Source of the DNA: a virus
Taxonomy: Duplodnaviria; Caudoviricetes
Strand: one strand, 5' to 3'
Virus record (IMG/VR): IMGVR_UViG_3300043177_000122
Span: 96,001-160,000 of that record
DNA: 64,000 bases
Position numbers and translations under genes: made by a program. The notes under the pieces are model-generated. The model did no database searches. It was not told the origin of the DNA and saw nothing but the letters and a program-made list of their open reading frames with translations. Below are positions 30,055 through 40,727 of this stretch, piece after piece. How positions within the stretch are numbered: position 1 is the stretch's first letter; each line of letters opens with the position of its first letter.

Positions 30055-31058
30055 TTGTGATGGTCCTTAATAGTTTTTTCTCTACGTGCTAATTCTAAAT
30101 CAGAATCAACCATTTCTTGAACTAGATCCATAAAACTATAGCTAGGAGACCAGCCAAGCCGAGTCCTTAGTTTAGTAGAATCGCCACATAATGCGTCTAC
30201 CTCTGATGGCCTTAGATATTTAGCATCGAACTCAATATATTGTGAGTAGTCTAAACCTAGTATTCCAAAAACCATTTTAGCGAACTCTAATACTGAGTAC
30301 ATCTCACCGGAGGCCACTACGTAATCGTCTGGCTGTGGTGCTGTAATAATCTTATACATTGCATCAGCTACATCGGCGGCATGGGACCAGTCACGTCTTG
30401 CGTCCAAATTTCCTAAATAAAGCTTGTCTTGCAAACCCAATTTGATTCGGGTCGCAGCTCTAGTAATTTTACGAGTAACAAACGTTTCTCCACGTCTTGG
30501 GCTTTCGTGATTGAAAGAAATGGCATTACAAGCATGTAGACCATAAGCCTCGCGATAATTTACAGTTGCATAATATCCTGCAACTTTAGCTACACCATAA
30601 GGACTGCGAGGATGAAATGGCGTTTGTTCATTTTGTGGTGGCGGGTGTGAGCCAAACATTTCTGAACTAGATGCAGTGAGAAATCTAGTTTGTGGACTGT
30701 TTTTACGGATAGCTTCTAATACTCGCATTACTCCAGTTCCTGTAATATCCATAGTATACTCTGGAATATCAAAGCTAACTCGAACATGACTTTGCGCAGC
30801 CATGTTAAAAAATAAATCTGGTTTAATATCGCCAATCCAATTAGCTAGAGACGAATAATCAGATAAATCGCCGTAGACCATCTCTAGCTTTCCACTATCG
30901 ATATGTGGATCTACATAAACGTGATCAATACGTTCTGTATTTAATGAGCTACTACGGCGCTTAAGTCCATATACTTTATATCCTTTTGATAATAGCAAAT
31001 CACATAAGTATGAACCTGTTTGACCTGTAATGCCAGTAATGCATGCTGTATCTGTCAT
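30051..31058 (-). CDS. gmd: GDP-mannose 4,6-dehydratase
   Basis: ITGITGQ, AQSHVRVSF, PRSPYGVAK, FNHESPRRGETFVTRKI. Confidence 0.95.
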   Translation of the reverse strand: MTDTACITGITGQTGSYLCDLLLSKGYKVYGLKRRSSSLNTERIDHVYVDPHIDSGKLEMVYGDLSDYSSLANWIGDIKPDLFFNMAAQSHVRVSFDIPEYTMDITGTGVMRVLEAIRKNSPQTRFLTASSSEMFGSHPPPQNEQTPFHPRSPYGVAKVAGYYATVNYREAYGLHACNAISFNHESPRRGETFVTRKITRAATRIKLGLQDKLYLGNLDARRDWSHAADVADAMYKIITAPQPDDYVVASGEMYSVLEFAKMVFGILGLDYSQYIEFDAKYLRPSEVDALCGDSTKLRTRLGWSPSYSFMDLVQEMVDSDLELARREKTIKDHHK

Positions 31059-31738
31059 TAACTTATCCTTACCGCAAAAGCGACACCCGGTTTATTTTCT
31101 CTATAAGAAATGTATCTGAAGTTAGGGAATGTTTTAACTAGAGCATCCCAAACTCCTTGCAGACCTTCGCAATCAATTATATCATCAAAGACCATTACAC
31201 CGCCAACATTAATATGTGGCATAGTATCCATTAAGTCTTGATAGGCTCCGTCTACTGTATGATCTCCATCCACCAAGATCATATCAAACATTTTGTCTGG
31301 GAATTGATTAAAAAATGTTGACAGTGTTACATGAGAATCGCCGCTTATAAAATTAATTGGTTTTTTGTAGCCAAATTTTGCCAACTCAGATTGTACAAAA
31401 GATGGTCCAGGGTTAGCTGAACCGCCATAATTTTCATGCCATTCATCAAATGCATAAACTTCGCACTCAGGTGATGCTATAATAACTGATGCAGTAGACC
31501 ACCCCCTACGAACGCCTACTTCAAGAAAACTTTCAGGCATGATTTGTCGAGCCAGAAATGTCATAAAGGTTCTAGTTTCTGGCTTTCCATTTTTAATCAA
31601 ATCAAGTGTGTGTGGTCCATAAACAGTATCTGTTTTAATCATATCTTCTAATAAAAGAGTGTTTTTAATATTCTCGGCTGACTTAATAGCATTTAATATT
31701 TGCTCTTCTGGTAATACAGATAAATTATGAACTCTCAT
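31058..31738 (-). CDS. Class I SAM-dependent O-methyltransferase (Methyltransf_24-like)
   Basis: FLEVGVRRGWS, ILVDGDHT, DDI. Confidence 0.8.
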   Translation of the reverse strand: MRVHNLSVLPEEQILNAIKSAENIKNTLLLEDMIKTDTVYGPHTLDLIKNGKPETRTFMTFLARQIMPESFLEVGVRRGWSTASVIIASPECEVYAFDEWHENYGGSANPGPSFVQSELAKFGYKKPINFISGDSHVTLSTFFNQFPDKMFDMILVDGDHTVDGAYQDLMDTMPHINVGGVMVFDDIIDCEGLQGVWDALVKTFPNFRYISYRENKPGVAFAVRIS

Positions 31739-32868
31739 GGGCTAAATACTCCGTTAATATATTCATTGGCAGCATTAATGATATATGTTTGCTCTTCGGA
31801 TGTTAATTCTGGAAAGCTCGGTAAAATAAAACATTCTTTGTTTAGAAGGTCGGCTACTGTACAAACCGTACCACCATCAACATTTGGGTTCTCTGCCAAG
31901 TGGCTATGGTTATATATAGAATAGAACATTGGTCTAATTTCTATTCCACGGGCGGCAAAGAAACTTTCCGCATCTGAATATGCATTTTGTCCAATGACAC
32001 GAATACCAAACATCCAGTTAGAATTGGCAGTATTATCTTCATTAATTTGAATTCTAACCTCATCTCTATCTTTAAAGGCGTTTCTATATGTGTTGAAGAT
32101 ATCTCTTTTCATAGCCAGTATCTGTTGCAAATAATCTAATTGACCATATAAAATTGCTGCTTGTATATTAGTCATACGATAATTGTAACCCAATTCTTGA
32201 TGAATAAATCTAGTAGATGATTGTCCTTGCCCTTGTAATATCTTAGCGTATTCGTAAGCTTCTTGCGAATCTGTTACGAAAGCTCCACCTTCACCACTAG
32301 TAATATTTTTGTTTCCAAAAAATGAAATAGCAGAAGCAAAACCGGCTCGTCCAGTCGCTAGGCCACCATAACCGCCTAAGAATCCTTCACAATTATCTTC
32401 GACAAAATAAGTAGTAGGATATTTTAATTTTAGAGCGGGAACGTTAATGACATTTCCAATGTTATGTACAATCAGTACATCAGCATCTGGATAATCTTTA
32501 AGTGCAGCGTCTAACTGGTCTAAATCAATATTCCAAGTGTGCAAGCTAGCATCTATTGGAATTAGATGATATTTCTGATCAAACAAAAAAGCATTCCAGG
32601 CCGCTACATAAACATTATTTGGAACAATGATTTTTCTTTTAGTGTTATTTTCTGGAGGATGCGCTTTGTATAGAGTTTTAGCCATGAGATGACAAGCACT
32701 TGTTCCATTATTAAGAGGTATTACATATGGTGTATGCAATAAATCTTGAAGTCGTTCAGTGACTAATGGTAAGTATTTGCCCTGTGAGGATATCCAAGTG
32801 GAATCCAATGCATCATGAGCGTATTTTAAAGAATCAGGTGGTAGATATGGTTTGTAGACTGGAATCAT
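31735..32868 (-). CDS. DegT/DnrJ PLP aminotransferase (perosamine-synthase-like)
   Basis: EDNCE, SFFGNKNITSGEGG, GYNYRMTNIQAA. Confidence 0.9.
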   Translation of the reverse strand: MIPVYKPYLPPDSLKYAHDALDSTWISSQGKYLPLVTERLQDLLHTPYVIPLNNGTSACHLMAKTLYKAHPPENNTKRKIIVPNNVYVAAWNAFLFDQKYHLIPIDASLHTWNIDLDQLDAALKDYPDADVLIVHNIGNVINVPALKLKYPTTYFVEDNCEGFLGGYGGLATGRAGFASAISFFGNKNITSGEGGAFVTDSQEAYEYAKILQGQGQSSTRFIHQELGYNYRMTNIQAAILYGQLDYLQQILAMKRDIFNTYRNAFKDRDEVRIQINEDNTANSNWMFGIRVIGQNAYSDAESFFAARGIEIRPMFYSIYNHSHLAENPNVDGGTVCTVADLLNKECFILPSFPELTSEEQTYIINAANEYINGVFSP

Positions 32869-32869
32869 G

Positions 32870-33175
32870 TTAGTACGTCTTATGTTGGTCTTGGATAAAT
32901 TGCCCGTTATTTAAGTCTTCGCCTTTAGTGGCAGCAGAAACTACTTCTGCTATTTTTTTATCAACTTCTAGAATCATAGCTTGTCTTTGAACATTTAAAT
33001 CCATTGATTTTTTGAATGCATTGAAAAGTTTTAGCATTCCTTCTTCTGATCCATAAGCTGCCTTAAATTCCTCGAAGGTCATTTTACGAACAATATAAAG
33101 CTCTTCTTGGGCCAAAAACATTTTTTGATTGACAGTTGCTAATTTATCTATTAGAGATCCGATTGTATCAGCCAT
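32870..33175 (-). CDS. DUF4254-like helical protein
   Basis: TIGSLIDKL motif. Confidence 0.55.
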   Translation of the reverse strand: MADTIGSLIDKLATVNQKMFLAQEELYIVRKMTFEEFKAAYGSEEGMLKLFNAFKKSMDLNVQRQAMILEVDKKIAEVVSAATKGEDLNNGQFIQDQHKTY

Positions 33176-33181
33176 ATTACC

Positions 33182-33868
33182 TCACACTGTTATGCCGCCG
33201 TCAACTACTATAGATTGGCCTGTAACAAATTTAGAAGCATCAGATAAAAGAAATTCAATCACAGAATTTACATCATCAACAGTTGCTAAACGACCAAGTG
33301 GTGTTCTTCTAGTGATTTGTTCTTTCTGTCTAGCATCTAGCGATTTAGACATATCCGTTTCCATATACCCCGGCAAAACAGAATTAATTCTAAATCCCTT
33401 AGGACCCAGTTCCCTAGCTAAACTTCTTGTCATTCCATCTAATCCGCTTTTAGTAGCAGCATAAGTGGCTAAGCCTGCATAGCCTCTGACTGCTATAATA
33501 GATGAAACGTTGACAATAGTTCCTGGTTTTCGAGCTTTTAATCTTTCTCTAATGTATCTTTTAGTTAAAATAAGGGTAGAAATCAAATTAACTTGAACTA
33601 ATTCCGTAATAGATTCTTCTCCTTGCGTAGCTAATAGACCATCAAATGCAATAGCGGCATTATTAACTAAACAGTCTGCATTTTTAAAGAATGAATCTAA
33701 CAGACCAAATGTACTAGGATCTTTGAAATTTACTCCGCTAATATGTGTAAATAATTTACTATCAGATTCTGAACGAGCACATCCTATAATAGAGTGTCCC
33801 TGTTTGGCTAAATATTCTGCCGTAGATTTACCAAGTCCTCGACTTGTACCAGTTATAATAATATTCAT
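33182..33868 (-). CDS. SDR oxidoreductase (FabG-like)
   Basis: TGTSRGLG, NNAA, YAATK, PGYMET. Confidence 0.88.
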   Translation of the reverse strand: MNIIITGTSRGLGKSTAEYLAKQGHSIIGCARSESDSKLFTHISGVNFKDPSTFGLLDSFFKNADCLVNNAAIAFDGLLATQGEESITELVQVNLISTLILTKRYIRERLKARKPGTIVNVSSIIAVRGYAGLATYAATKSGLDGMTRSLARELGPKGFRINSVLPGYMETDMSKSLDARQKEQITRRTPLGRLATVDDVNSVIEFLLSDASKFVTGQSIVVDGGITV

Positions 33869-34857
33869 CTTTTAATCTTATTAGCTGATGTCAGCTCTAT
33901 TGTAGTTACCTGTGTTATTTGAAGAGGCACAGCATATTTAGGCAGTTTTTGAGTTAGCAATAATTTCAGACTTCTAGGGTCAATATCTCCTACATATTCT
34001 AGCCCGACTATTTGCCCTAGTAGTTGATTTGCGATAGGAAATGCACGACATTGCTTGATCTGAGGAATGCTATTAACAGTATTTTCAACTTCAGTTTGCG
34101 TAGTTTTAGCGCCGCCCACATTGATAACCTCAGTATCACGACCTATGAAATAAGCTCGACCATTTTCATATTTCCACATATCACCATTTTCTAAACGTGG
34201 CATTTTATCTTCCGGGAAGCCCTCTAAACCGTCACTACAAGAACAAAGATCACCAGATTCGGTTGTTGCATAAATGTGAGTTATTCGTGCATTAGGAAAT
34301 AATGTTTTAGCATCGTCTAATATTTTTTGTGTGGCGTATTCTCCACCAAATGTAATCTGTTTAAGAGGAGCTTTTTGAAATCTATCTGAATCAGCAATCA
34401 TCATTTTTCTAAATAATGATGGTGTCAAACTAATATGTGTAACCTGATCAATACAGTTAAGCATATTATTAATTGATAGGTCTTCCGGAATAACTAGTTT
34501 GGCATTTGTCTTCATACAATGAATTATTACCGATAGACCTGCCCACCTAGCCGGATTATAAGTTAATAACCATATATCTTGTTCACTACCTTTACCTTTT
34601 TTGTTTTGGTAAATTTGTTCAAAGTCTTTCCAAATTAATTTAGGAATTCCGGTTGTACCAGAAGTACGCAAAGCTATGCTTCCACCAGAAGGAAGAGATT
34701 CTACAAAATGGGCTTCTTTACATTCAACAATCCAATCAAATCCAGGAGCTGGCTCTGTTGATAAAGCAATATTATTGTTAATATTCAATAATGATATTAA
34801 CTTTTGTACCTCTGCAATAAACTTGCCTTCTTTACCAATCCAACATTTATAGTTCAT
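33865..34857 (-). CDS. AMP-binding acyl-CoA/acyl-ACP ligase-like protein
   Basis: TSGTTGIPK, YATTE, GRDTEVINVGG, KYAVP. Confidence 0.82.
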   Translation of the reverse strand: MNYKCWIGKEGKFIAEVQKLISLLNINNNIALSTEPAPGFDWIVECKEAHFVESLPSGGSIALRTSGTTGIPKLIWKDFEQIYQNKKGKGSEQDIWLLTYNPARWAGLSVIIHCMKTNAKLVIPEDLSINNMLNCIDQVTHISLTPSLFRKMMIADSDRFQKAPLKQITFGGEYATQKILDDAKTLFPNARITHIYATTESGDLCSCSDGLEGFPEDKMPRLENGDMWKYENGRAYFIGRDTEVINVGGAKTTQTEVENTVNSIPQIKQCRAFPIANQLLGQIVGLEYVGDIDPRSLKLLLTQKLPKYAVPLQITQVTTIELTSANKIKR

Positions 34858-35111
34858 AATTTTTGACTCTTATATAATAATTCAGCAAGCTGTGAAACAG
34901 TACGAACGTTCCTCCAGTCAATGCCATCTTCATTAACCTTACTACTAACAAATGTTTCACCAGCTAACATAATAGAAGCAAAATCTAGACTATCAATACC
35001 TAAATCTAGAATGACACTATCCCCACTGATTTCATTTCTGTTTATCTTTCCAAGAGAGACATCCTCAATTACTAATCTCAAATAGTTAATAATATCACTT
35101 AGCGATTTCAT
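34854..35111 (-). CDS. Acyl carrier protein
   Basis: DLGIDSLDF phosphopantetheine-Ser motif, 85 aa, acidic. Confidence 0.82.
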   Translation of the reverse strand: MKSLSDIINYLRLVIEDVSLGKINRNEISGDSVILDLGIDSLDFASIMLAGETFVSSKVNEDGIDWRNVRTVSQLAELLYKSQKL

Positions 35112-35661
35112 AAAATTCTTTCTCCAATGCTAATAATCGTTCCTTATTTCTTTTACCAATTAGACGCATTGGGTTGCCAGCGACTACGGTAAATTCTGGA
35201 ACTGTTTTGTTGACAAAACTTAGCGCCCCAACAGAGCAGCCGGTTTCGAGCGTAAGGTTAGGCATGATAACCGAACCACATCCGATTATAACGTGTTTCT
35301 GTAGTAAAACGGGGCCTCCCATAACTTTTTTGAATCTATCAGGAATAGTTGGATTAGTCATCCAACCTTCAGAATAGTCATCAGTAGTTGTAAAAATGTT
35401 AACTCGTGAAGAAATTCCAACAAAATCTTCTATAGTAATTGGTGCACCACCTGCGCCCAATTGTGTGTAAAGAGAGATATGTATATTATTACCTATACGA
35501 ATAGTATTTTGAGCAGAGAAAAAACAAAATGCATCAATGCGAACATTATCTCCAATGTGAACATTTTGTGGATTTAGAATGCGAACTGAAGAATCAATGC
35601 GTACATTTTTACCGCAACTTCCTAATTTAGCTAAATCTTCTTCTGTATGAAAATCAGACAT
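35095..35661 (-). CDS. Hexapeptide-repeat (LbH) sugar acyltransferase
   Basis: IGDNVRID...IGNNIHI repeats, DDYS, VAGNP. Confidence 0.85.
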   Translation of the reverse strand: MSDFHTEEDLAKLGSCGKNVRIDSSVRILNPQNVHIGDNVRIDAFCFFSAQNTIRIGNNIHISLYTQLGAGGAPITIEDFVGISSRVNIFTTTDDYSEGWMTNPTIPDRFKKVMGGPVLLQKHVIIGCGSVIMPNLTLETGCSVGALSFVNKTVPEFTVVAGNPMRLIGKRNKERLLALEKEFYEIAK

Positions 35662-36574
35662 GCAAACTCTCCTCAATCAAATTTTCCACAGCATGATGTG
35701 CTGTTACAGTACTTACAGTGATTTTGGACGTATAATGAATAGTGTCTCTAAACTTATCTCCTAACCAAAAGGTATTCTCTTTTGCTGGTATCATATTAGA
35801 GAAGCAAACATGTTTTTTGGGCTTTCCGAATAAATTATCTTGAATAAAAGAGAATGTATAAGCGCCCGATGCCCTACCAACTATAACATCACAATACGTA
35901 CTAACAAATCCATTTTCATTTAAATCGAAACCATTTTTACCGATGATAGCCGATGAATATATAATGTTAGAATGTTGTGATTGGTTAAACTGACTTTCAT
36001 GATTGGTAAGTATAAATAGTTTATCTTGGTGCTTTGAAGCTAGGCTAATTACAATTGGTAATAGTGGGAAATTATCTGCCTGCCCCGAGAGTGCATTACC
36101 ATTTGCAATTAATACTTTCATTCCGGGTCTTTTTTCCAAAAAATCTTTTGCAGATCCAATATGATACTTAGTGAAATCTATTTGAGGAAACCACTTGGTA
36201 GGATCTGACTCAATTTCTGATAATGTGAAATTAAAATAGTTCTTGCAAATTTCATCAAACATAACATACAAGCAATCAAATGTGATTCCATATGTGTTCA
36301 TATAATAGAAGCGGCGCTGAGCATACCAAGTATTAATGAACATAGTATCTCCCCTTACAAACACTCCTTCATGTTCATGCCAGTTAAGCGGAATTACATT
36401 ATATCCTAAGTCAGGTATGTCGGCAATACAGTTAGAATTATTCTTATGAGAGTATGAAATATTTACATCTGGAAATCTATGTTTAAAAGCAAGAGATAGT
36501 TTTCTAACAAACTCTCTAGATACATGTATGTCTCCATTGTGAAAATGGTTATAGAAAACTATATTTTTATACAT
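35654..36574 (-). CDS. Putative glycosyltransferase (GT-B-like)
   Basis: HNGDIH N-terminal motif, DVIVGRASG; island context. Confidence 0.5.
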   Translation of the reverse strand: MYKNIVFYNHFHNGDIHVSREFVRKLSLAFKHRFPDVNISYSHKNNSNCIADIPDLGYNVIPLNWHEHEGVFVRGDTMFINTWYAQRRFYYMNTYGITFDCLYVMFDEICKNYFNFTLSEIESDPTKWFPQIDFTKYHIGSAKDFLEKRPGMKVLIANGNALSGQADNFPLLPIVISLASKHQDKLFILTNHESQFNQSQHSNIIYSSAIIGKNGFDLNENGFVSTYCDVIVGRASGAYTFSFIQDNLFGKPKKHVCFSNMIPAKENTFWLGDKFRDTIHYTSKITVSTVTAHHAVENLIEESLHV

Positions 36575-37137
36575 TATAAACTCGAAGCAGGAATAGTGAG
36601 ATAAGGCTCTGGCACAACATCAGCCATCGTATAGTTACGAACACCAGAATTATGAACATGATAAGTTCTAATGGATTTACTTGGGTTACTAACAGCATAG
36701 CCCGCTTTATGAAACTCATAGGCTATTCTATTGTCGCAACCTCTGGTGCCCAAAGTAAAATCACCAAACACACCTTCTACTTTACCTTTGAAAATCCAGG
36801 TATCTTGACTGTCGGGCCTATCAAAGAAACGCACAAAAGCATCATTGCCTAACCAATCCCAACGACTTAATGCGTATAGTTGTTTTGGTTTTATGTTTTC
36901 AACTAGCACAATAGTTTCATCAAAAAAAATATCTGAATTACAGATGATATTGATGTCATCTTCAGTAGACACTTTATTAATCTGATCAAAAAAGAATTGA
37001 TAAGTCGGCTTACTAGATGATTCGCAAATGATTGTAGTAATCAATTTGTTGTTCAAGTTTCTTTGTAAACACATATCAATTTCTCGTTTACGTAATGGAT
37101 GTTTGTCTTCGTAGTAATTATAGAATAATCTTATCAT
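36574..37137 (-). CDS. Putative GT-A-like glycosyltransferase
   Basis: NSDIFFD, SQDTWIF, GCDNRIA, H.HNS. Confidence 0.5.
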   Translation of the reverse strand: MIRLFYNYYEDKHPLRKREIDMCLQRNLNNKLITTIICESSSKPTYQFFFDQINKVSTEDDINIICNSDIFFDETIVLVENIKPKQLYALSRWDWLGNDAFVRFFDRPDSQDTWIFKGKVEGVFGDFTLGTRGCDNRIAYEFHKAGYAVSNPSKSIRTYHVHNSGVRNYTMADVVPEPYLTIPASSL

Positions 37138-37138
37138 C

Positions 37139-38095
37139 TTACACCAAATGTATTAAGTTAGTTATGTGTAGTAACTCTATAACCCTAGAAGTAAATGTAT
37201 GTTCTTTTAGGACTCTTTGATAGCCATTCATACCAACTTGTTTAGCAATATCTGGATTTGCTTTACAGTAGTTAACAATATCTACAATCTCTCTAGTTGA
37301 ACGTACTGTGAAAATTTCCTTACCTTCAATAAAGTAACTTTCTACTCCTGGAAAGTGCCAAGAAATTGTGGGGCGGCCAGATGCCATACAAGCCAATAAC
37401 CTATCTGAGAAATAGTGTGATACATTATTGAAGTTGCTTATACTTAGAGTACATATACTTTGATTATAAATATCATTAGATAGTGATGGGTCAACTGTTG
37501 GTGCAGGCGGTATATAACCAGAGCCAAAAATACCAAAACGAGTACCAAAGTTACTTCGTAGGGTATCAACTACTCCTACTCTTAAACTACCATCTGGAAA
37601 AGTGTGACCATAATTATTAGCCAAGAAGCTTATATCATATTTAAAATCTGTTAGATTTTTAGGATAGTGGGTCCTAGGGTTATATCCAATTTGCCAATAT
37701 TTAACATTGTGACATCCAGATTGTTTATACATGTCCAACTGGCCAGTGCTTGAAATTAGTGAGTAATCAACTACACTAGAGGTACCAGTAAATTGAGCTT
37801 GTGCCTGAGCCCTTACATCTCCGGTCCAATTAGTAATAACTACACCAGGCACAATATTACGAGCCTCTTGTATAATACTGGCATCCATAATACCGGTAAA
37901 TTGAAGTTGCATATGAATTAAATGTGGCTGTAATGTTCTTACTTTTGAAAGAAACTCATGTGAAACAGTACCTTTACTACGAGTTCTATCCCATAGTCCA
38001 CAAAAATCAAATACATCTAATTTGGCCCCAATATTTTCAAAAGCTTCTATCATGCCGGGCTGATGTCCAATTGGTAGATAAAGAACTCTTAACAT
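37139..38095 (-). CDS. Glycosyltransferase (CgeB/Glyco_trans_1_2-like)
   Basis: YFSDRLL..MASG, G..RVLKEHT...R. Confidence 0.75.
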   Translation of the reverse strand: MLRVLYLPIGHQPGMIEAFENIGAKLDVFDFCGLWDRTRSKGTVSHEFLSKVRTLQPHLIHMQLQFTGIMDASIIQEARNIVPGVVITNWTGDVRAQAQAQFTGTSSVVDYSLISSTGQLDMYKQSGCHNVKYWQIGYNPRTHYPKNLTDFKYDISFLANNYGHTFPDGSLRVGVVDTLRSNFGTRFGIFGSGYIPPAPTVDPSLSNDIYNQSICTLSISNFNNVSHYFSDRLLACMASGRPTISWHFPGVESYFIEGKEIFTVRSTREIVDIVNYCKANPDIAKQVGMNGYQRVLKEHTFTSRVIELLHITNLIHLV

Positions 38096-39885
38096 TAGAT
38101 ACCTACCAATTTCTGGACGGCCTCAACTAGGCTTGCATTATAGGTTTCATTGAATTTTGCTTGAGTTTTTGGAATTTCATTCATAAAAGTATTTATTGCT
38201 TTGTTAATATTTTCTGGTGCAGGATATGTAGAATTATTCTGAGCAATCATAACAGATCCAATCAAATTAAGAAAAGCTTGATTGTTAGTAATTATTGGTA
38301 ACGATAAAGCCCCCGCCAATTTCAAAATACCAGACATATAATAAGTATTTGTGGATATGTCAATAACTGCTTTTGCACCCATCAATAAATTAGAGATACT
38401 GGTAAAAGAAACAGTATCAGAAACAAACTCTGCAAATGTTGGTAGCTTGACACGGGTGCCGACAATGATTAACGTGCCAAAACGTTCCTCCCACAAATTC
38501 AATAAAAGTCTTGTAATATTTTCATCCTTTTCAAAATACAAAAAGTAATCATACTTGAAAGCCTGTACATTAAGCATTGGCCATGGCTTATCGACTCGAA
38601 GTACATTGGCTTCAGGAATAGATTTCAAAATTTCTTGTGCATTAATTAGAGATGGTGTTAGTATAGTTTTGCAGCTTCTTAATTTGTCAATATGTTGTTG
38701 AGTTAAGTTGCCATGAAACCATTCATCAACCCAAACTCTATCTCCGCTAACTAAAGTATCTAGTGAACACATAATAACATTAGGTGCGTCTAGAGATTTT
38801 TTAAATTCAGCCATTGCAATGGCTTTAGAAGATACAGAAATGTTTGGAAAGAATGGTGCAATTTTTCTCATCCAAAGTCTAGAGCTTGGAGAATTTGGTA
38901 AAATGATTCCCGAGTTTTGGAAGGTTGCTGGCGGCTCAAATACATCTGTTGTAATGAGCGCGAATTCTTTACTATTACGCAATACTTGAAAATTCAACGA
39001 ATCTGGCGTAGGCTCTGTATAATTGTTTGAAGTGTAAAAACTTGGAACACCTGGATGTTGTAGTCCCTCAGCCACTATACGAGAGTGCATTGGTGGCCGA
39101 GGAGATGCGGTAAGAACCGTTGGTACTCCAGTATTTTGAATGTTAGAAACAAAAGTTGAGGGAATGTTTGGCGAACCAAAATGGAAATTAGGCGCAGATG
39201 GCGGTTGAACAACTACTGCGGGTTGAGCACCAACATATGGTAACATTAACCCGCTTTCATTTTTGACAGCAAACCAAATTCTTCTTTTAAAAAGGCTTGT
39301 GCTATTATCATTTTGTGAGGCCCAGTCGTATTTATATTCTCCGGAATTAAACTTTGGATTATCAAATCTCTTAAAACTCATACCACAATTAGTAAGAATG
39401 TGCTCAACATAAGCTGCGCTAGGGCGACAACCCGAACCATTATAGGCCAAATCATAAACTTCTTTGCCCTCTTGTATGGTGACCATTTTTTCAGGATCCT
39501 CTGAATCTAAAACGGCAGTTTCTAAAACCAGATATGTAGTTGAAGAACAAACAGCTTTTAAATGCTCTTCAATTGATGATAAATGACAAATCAAACCCAA
39601 ATCTAGAACCATATCGAATTTAGATCCGAAGAATGGCCATGGCCCCTCTAAGTTTGCTCGGACAACTTTAACACCAGGAAACTTCTTTGATACTACTTTA
39701 AGATGGTCTTGTCTAGCATCTACTGCGGTTATTTCTGCGCCTAAACGGTATAAAGTGCCACTTAAATCAGCATACCCACAACCTAGATCAGCTATTTTCT
39801 TGCCATAAAAGAATTTATAACCATAGTGGTCAACAATACCTTTAATACGCTTTTGGTTCCAATCGAAATATTTTCCGTCAAACAT
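38095..39885 (-). CDS. SAM methyltransferase fused via a Pro-rich linker to a degenerate GT-like domain
   Basis: IADLGCGYA, VDAR, LGLICHL; P/S-rich linker. Confidence 0.7.
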   Translation of the reverse strand: MFDGKYFDWNQKRIKGIVDHYGYKFFYGKKIADLGCGYADLSGTLYRLGAEITAVDARQDHLKVVSKKFPGVKVVRANLEGPWPFFGSKFDMVLDLGLICHLSSIEEHLKAVCSSTTYLVLETAVLDSEDPEKMVTIQEGKEVYDLAYNGSGCRPSAAYVEHILTNCGMSFKRFDNPKFNSGEYKYDWASQNDNSTSLFKRRIWFAVKNESGLMLPYVGAQPAVVVQPPSAPNFHFGSPNIPSTFVSNIQNTGVPTVLTASPRPPMHSRIVAEGLQHPGVPSFYTSNNYTEPTPDSLNFQVLRNSKEFALITTDVFEPPATFQNSGIILPNSPSSRLWMRKIAPFFPNISVSSKAIAMAEFKKSLDAPNVIMCSLDTLVSGDRVWVDEWFHGNLTQQHIDKLRSCKTILTPSLINAQEILKSIPEANVLRVDKPWPMLNVQAFKYDYFLYFEKDENITRLLLNLWEERFGTLIIVGTRVKLPTFAEFVSDTVSFTSISNLLMGAKAVIDISTNTYYMSGILKLAGALSLPIITNNQAFLNLIGSVMIAQNNSTYPAPENINKAINTFMNEIPKTQAKFNETYNASLVEAVQKLVGI

Positions 39886-39918
39886 GCTTGTCCAATCCTA
39901 ATCATTATTAGATTTTAT

Positions 39919-40665
39919 TCACAGTGAAGGGTCATTGAACGGAATAAAACACGGTTTCACCCTGCTCATATAGGCGTAACAATTTTTTTGAAATTTAGTC
40001 AAATTTTCTTGGTGTTGTTTAGTTTTAAATTCACGATACTCTCCCACATCTAAATCCCCTTCACCAAAATGAGAGCCTTTGCCAGGAAGGTATCCAATTT
40101 CCCAACCAGCCATTCTAGCTCGGAAATACCAATCAGCGTCTTCTTCGCCATATAAACCATAATCTAATGTGAAGAATCCAATCTTTTTATGCAAATCACG
40201 ATGAAAAACTGAGCAGGCTGTACCTAAATTACCATCAGATTTCTTTTGGAATGATTTGCCATTTCTAGTAACTAGTGGATATTCGGTTCCTTCAAAGTTA
40301 ATTCCAATTGCTAATCTAGGATTGTCTTTGATTAAATCAATACATTGACGTAACCAATCATAATGAACGTCAATATCATTATCTATAGTACATAGATACT
40401 CTGCTTCTGGTACCAATTTATCTGCTAATTGAAGGCCTTGATTTCTTCCCACTGCAATTCCTCTGTTTTCTTTGTTAAAATGTAGTGTAATCTTTGCAGT
40501 ATTTTCTTTAACCATTTCTGTTAGCCATTCTTGAGTTCCATCAGTAGATCCATTATCTACAATTATTAAATGATAAGTACCAATTGTATTTGGAAAGAAA
40601 CTATTAAGCATTCTTTTGGTTAAATCGAGGCGGTTATAAGTAACCATCATAATAGCAGTTGTCAT
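39919..40665 (-). CDS. GT2 family glycosyltransferase
   Basis: VTYNR, VDNGSTDGT, IDND, YGEEDAD. Confidence 0.88.
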   Translation of the reverse strand: MTTAIMMVTYNRLDLTKRMLNSFFPNTIGTYHLIIVDNGSTDGTQEWLTEMVKENTAKITLHFNKENRGIAVGRNQGLQLADKLVPEAEYLCTIDNDIDVHYDWLRQCIDLIKDNPRLAIGINFEGTEYPLVTRNGKSFQKKSDGNLGTACSVFHRDLHKKIGFFTLDYGLYGEEDADWYFRARMAGWEIGYLPGKGSHFGEGDLDVGEYREFKTKQHQENLTKFQKNCYAYMSRVKPCFIPFNDPSL

Positions 40666-40727
40666 GGTATCTCATATATCTTGATCACGATAGAATGCGA
40701 ATTTCGGCATATAGAAAAGGAAATGTT

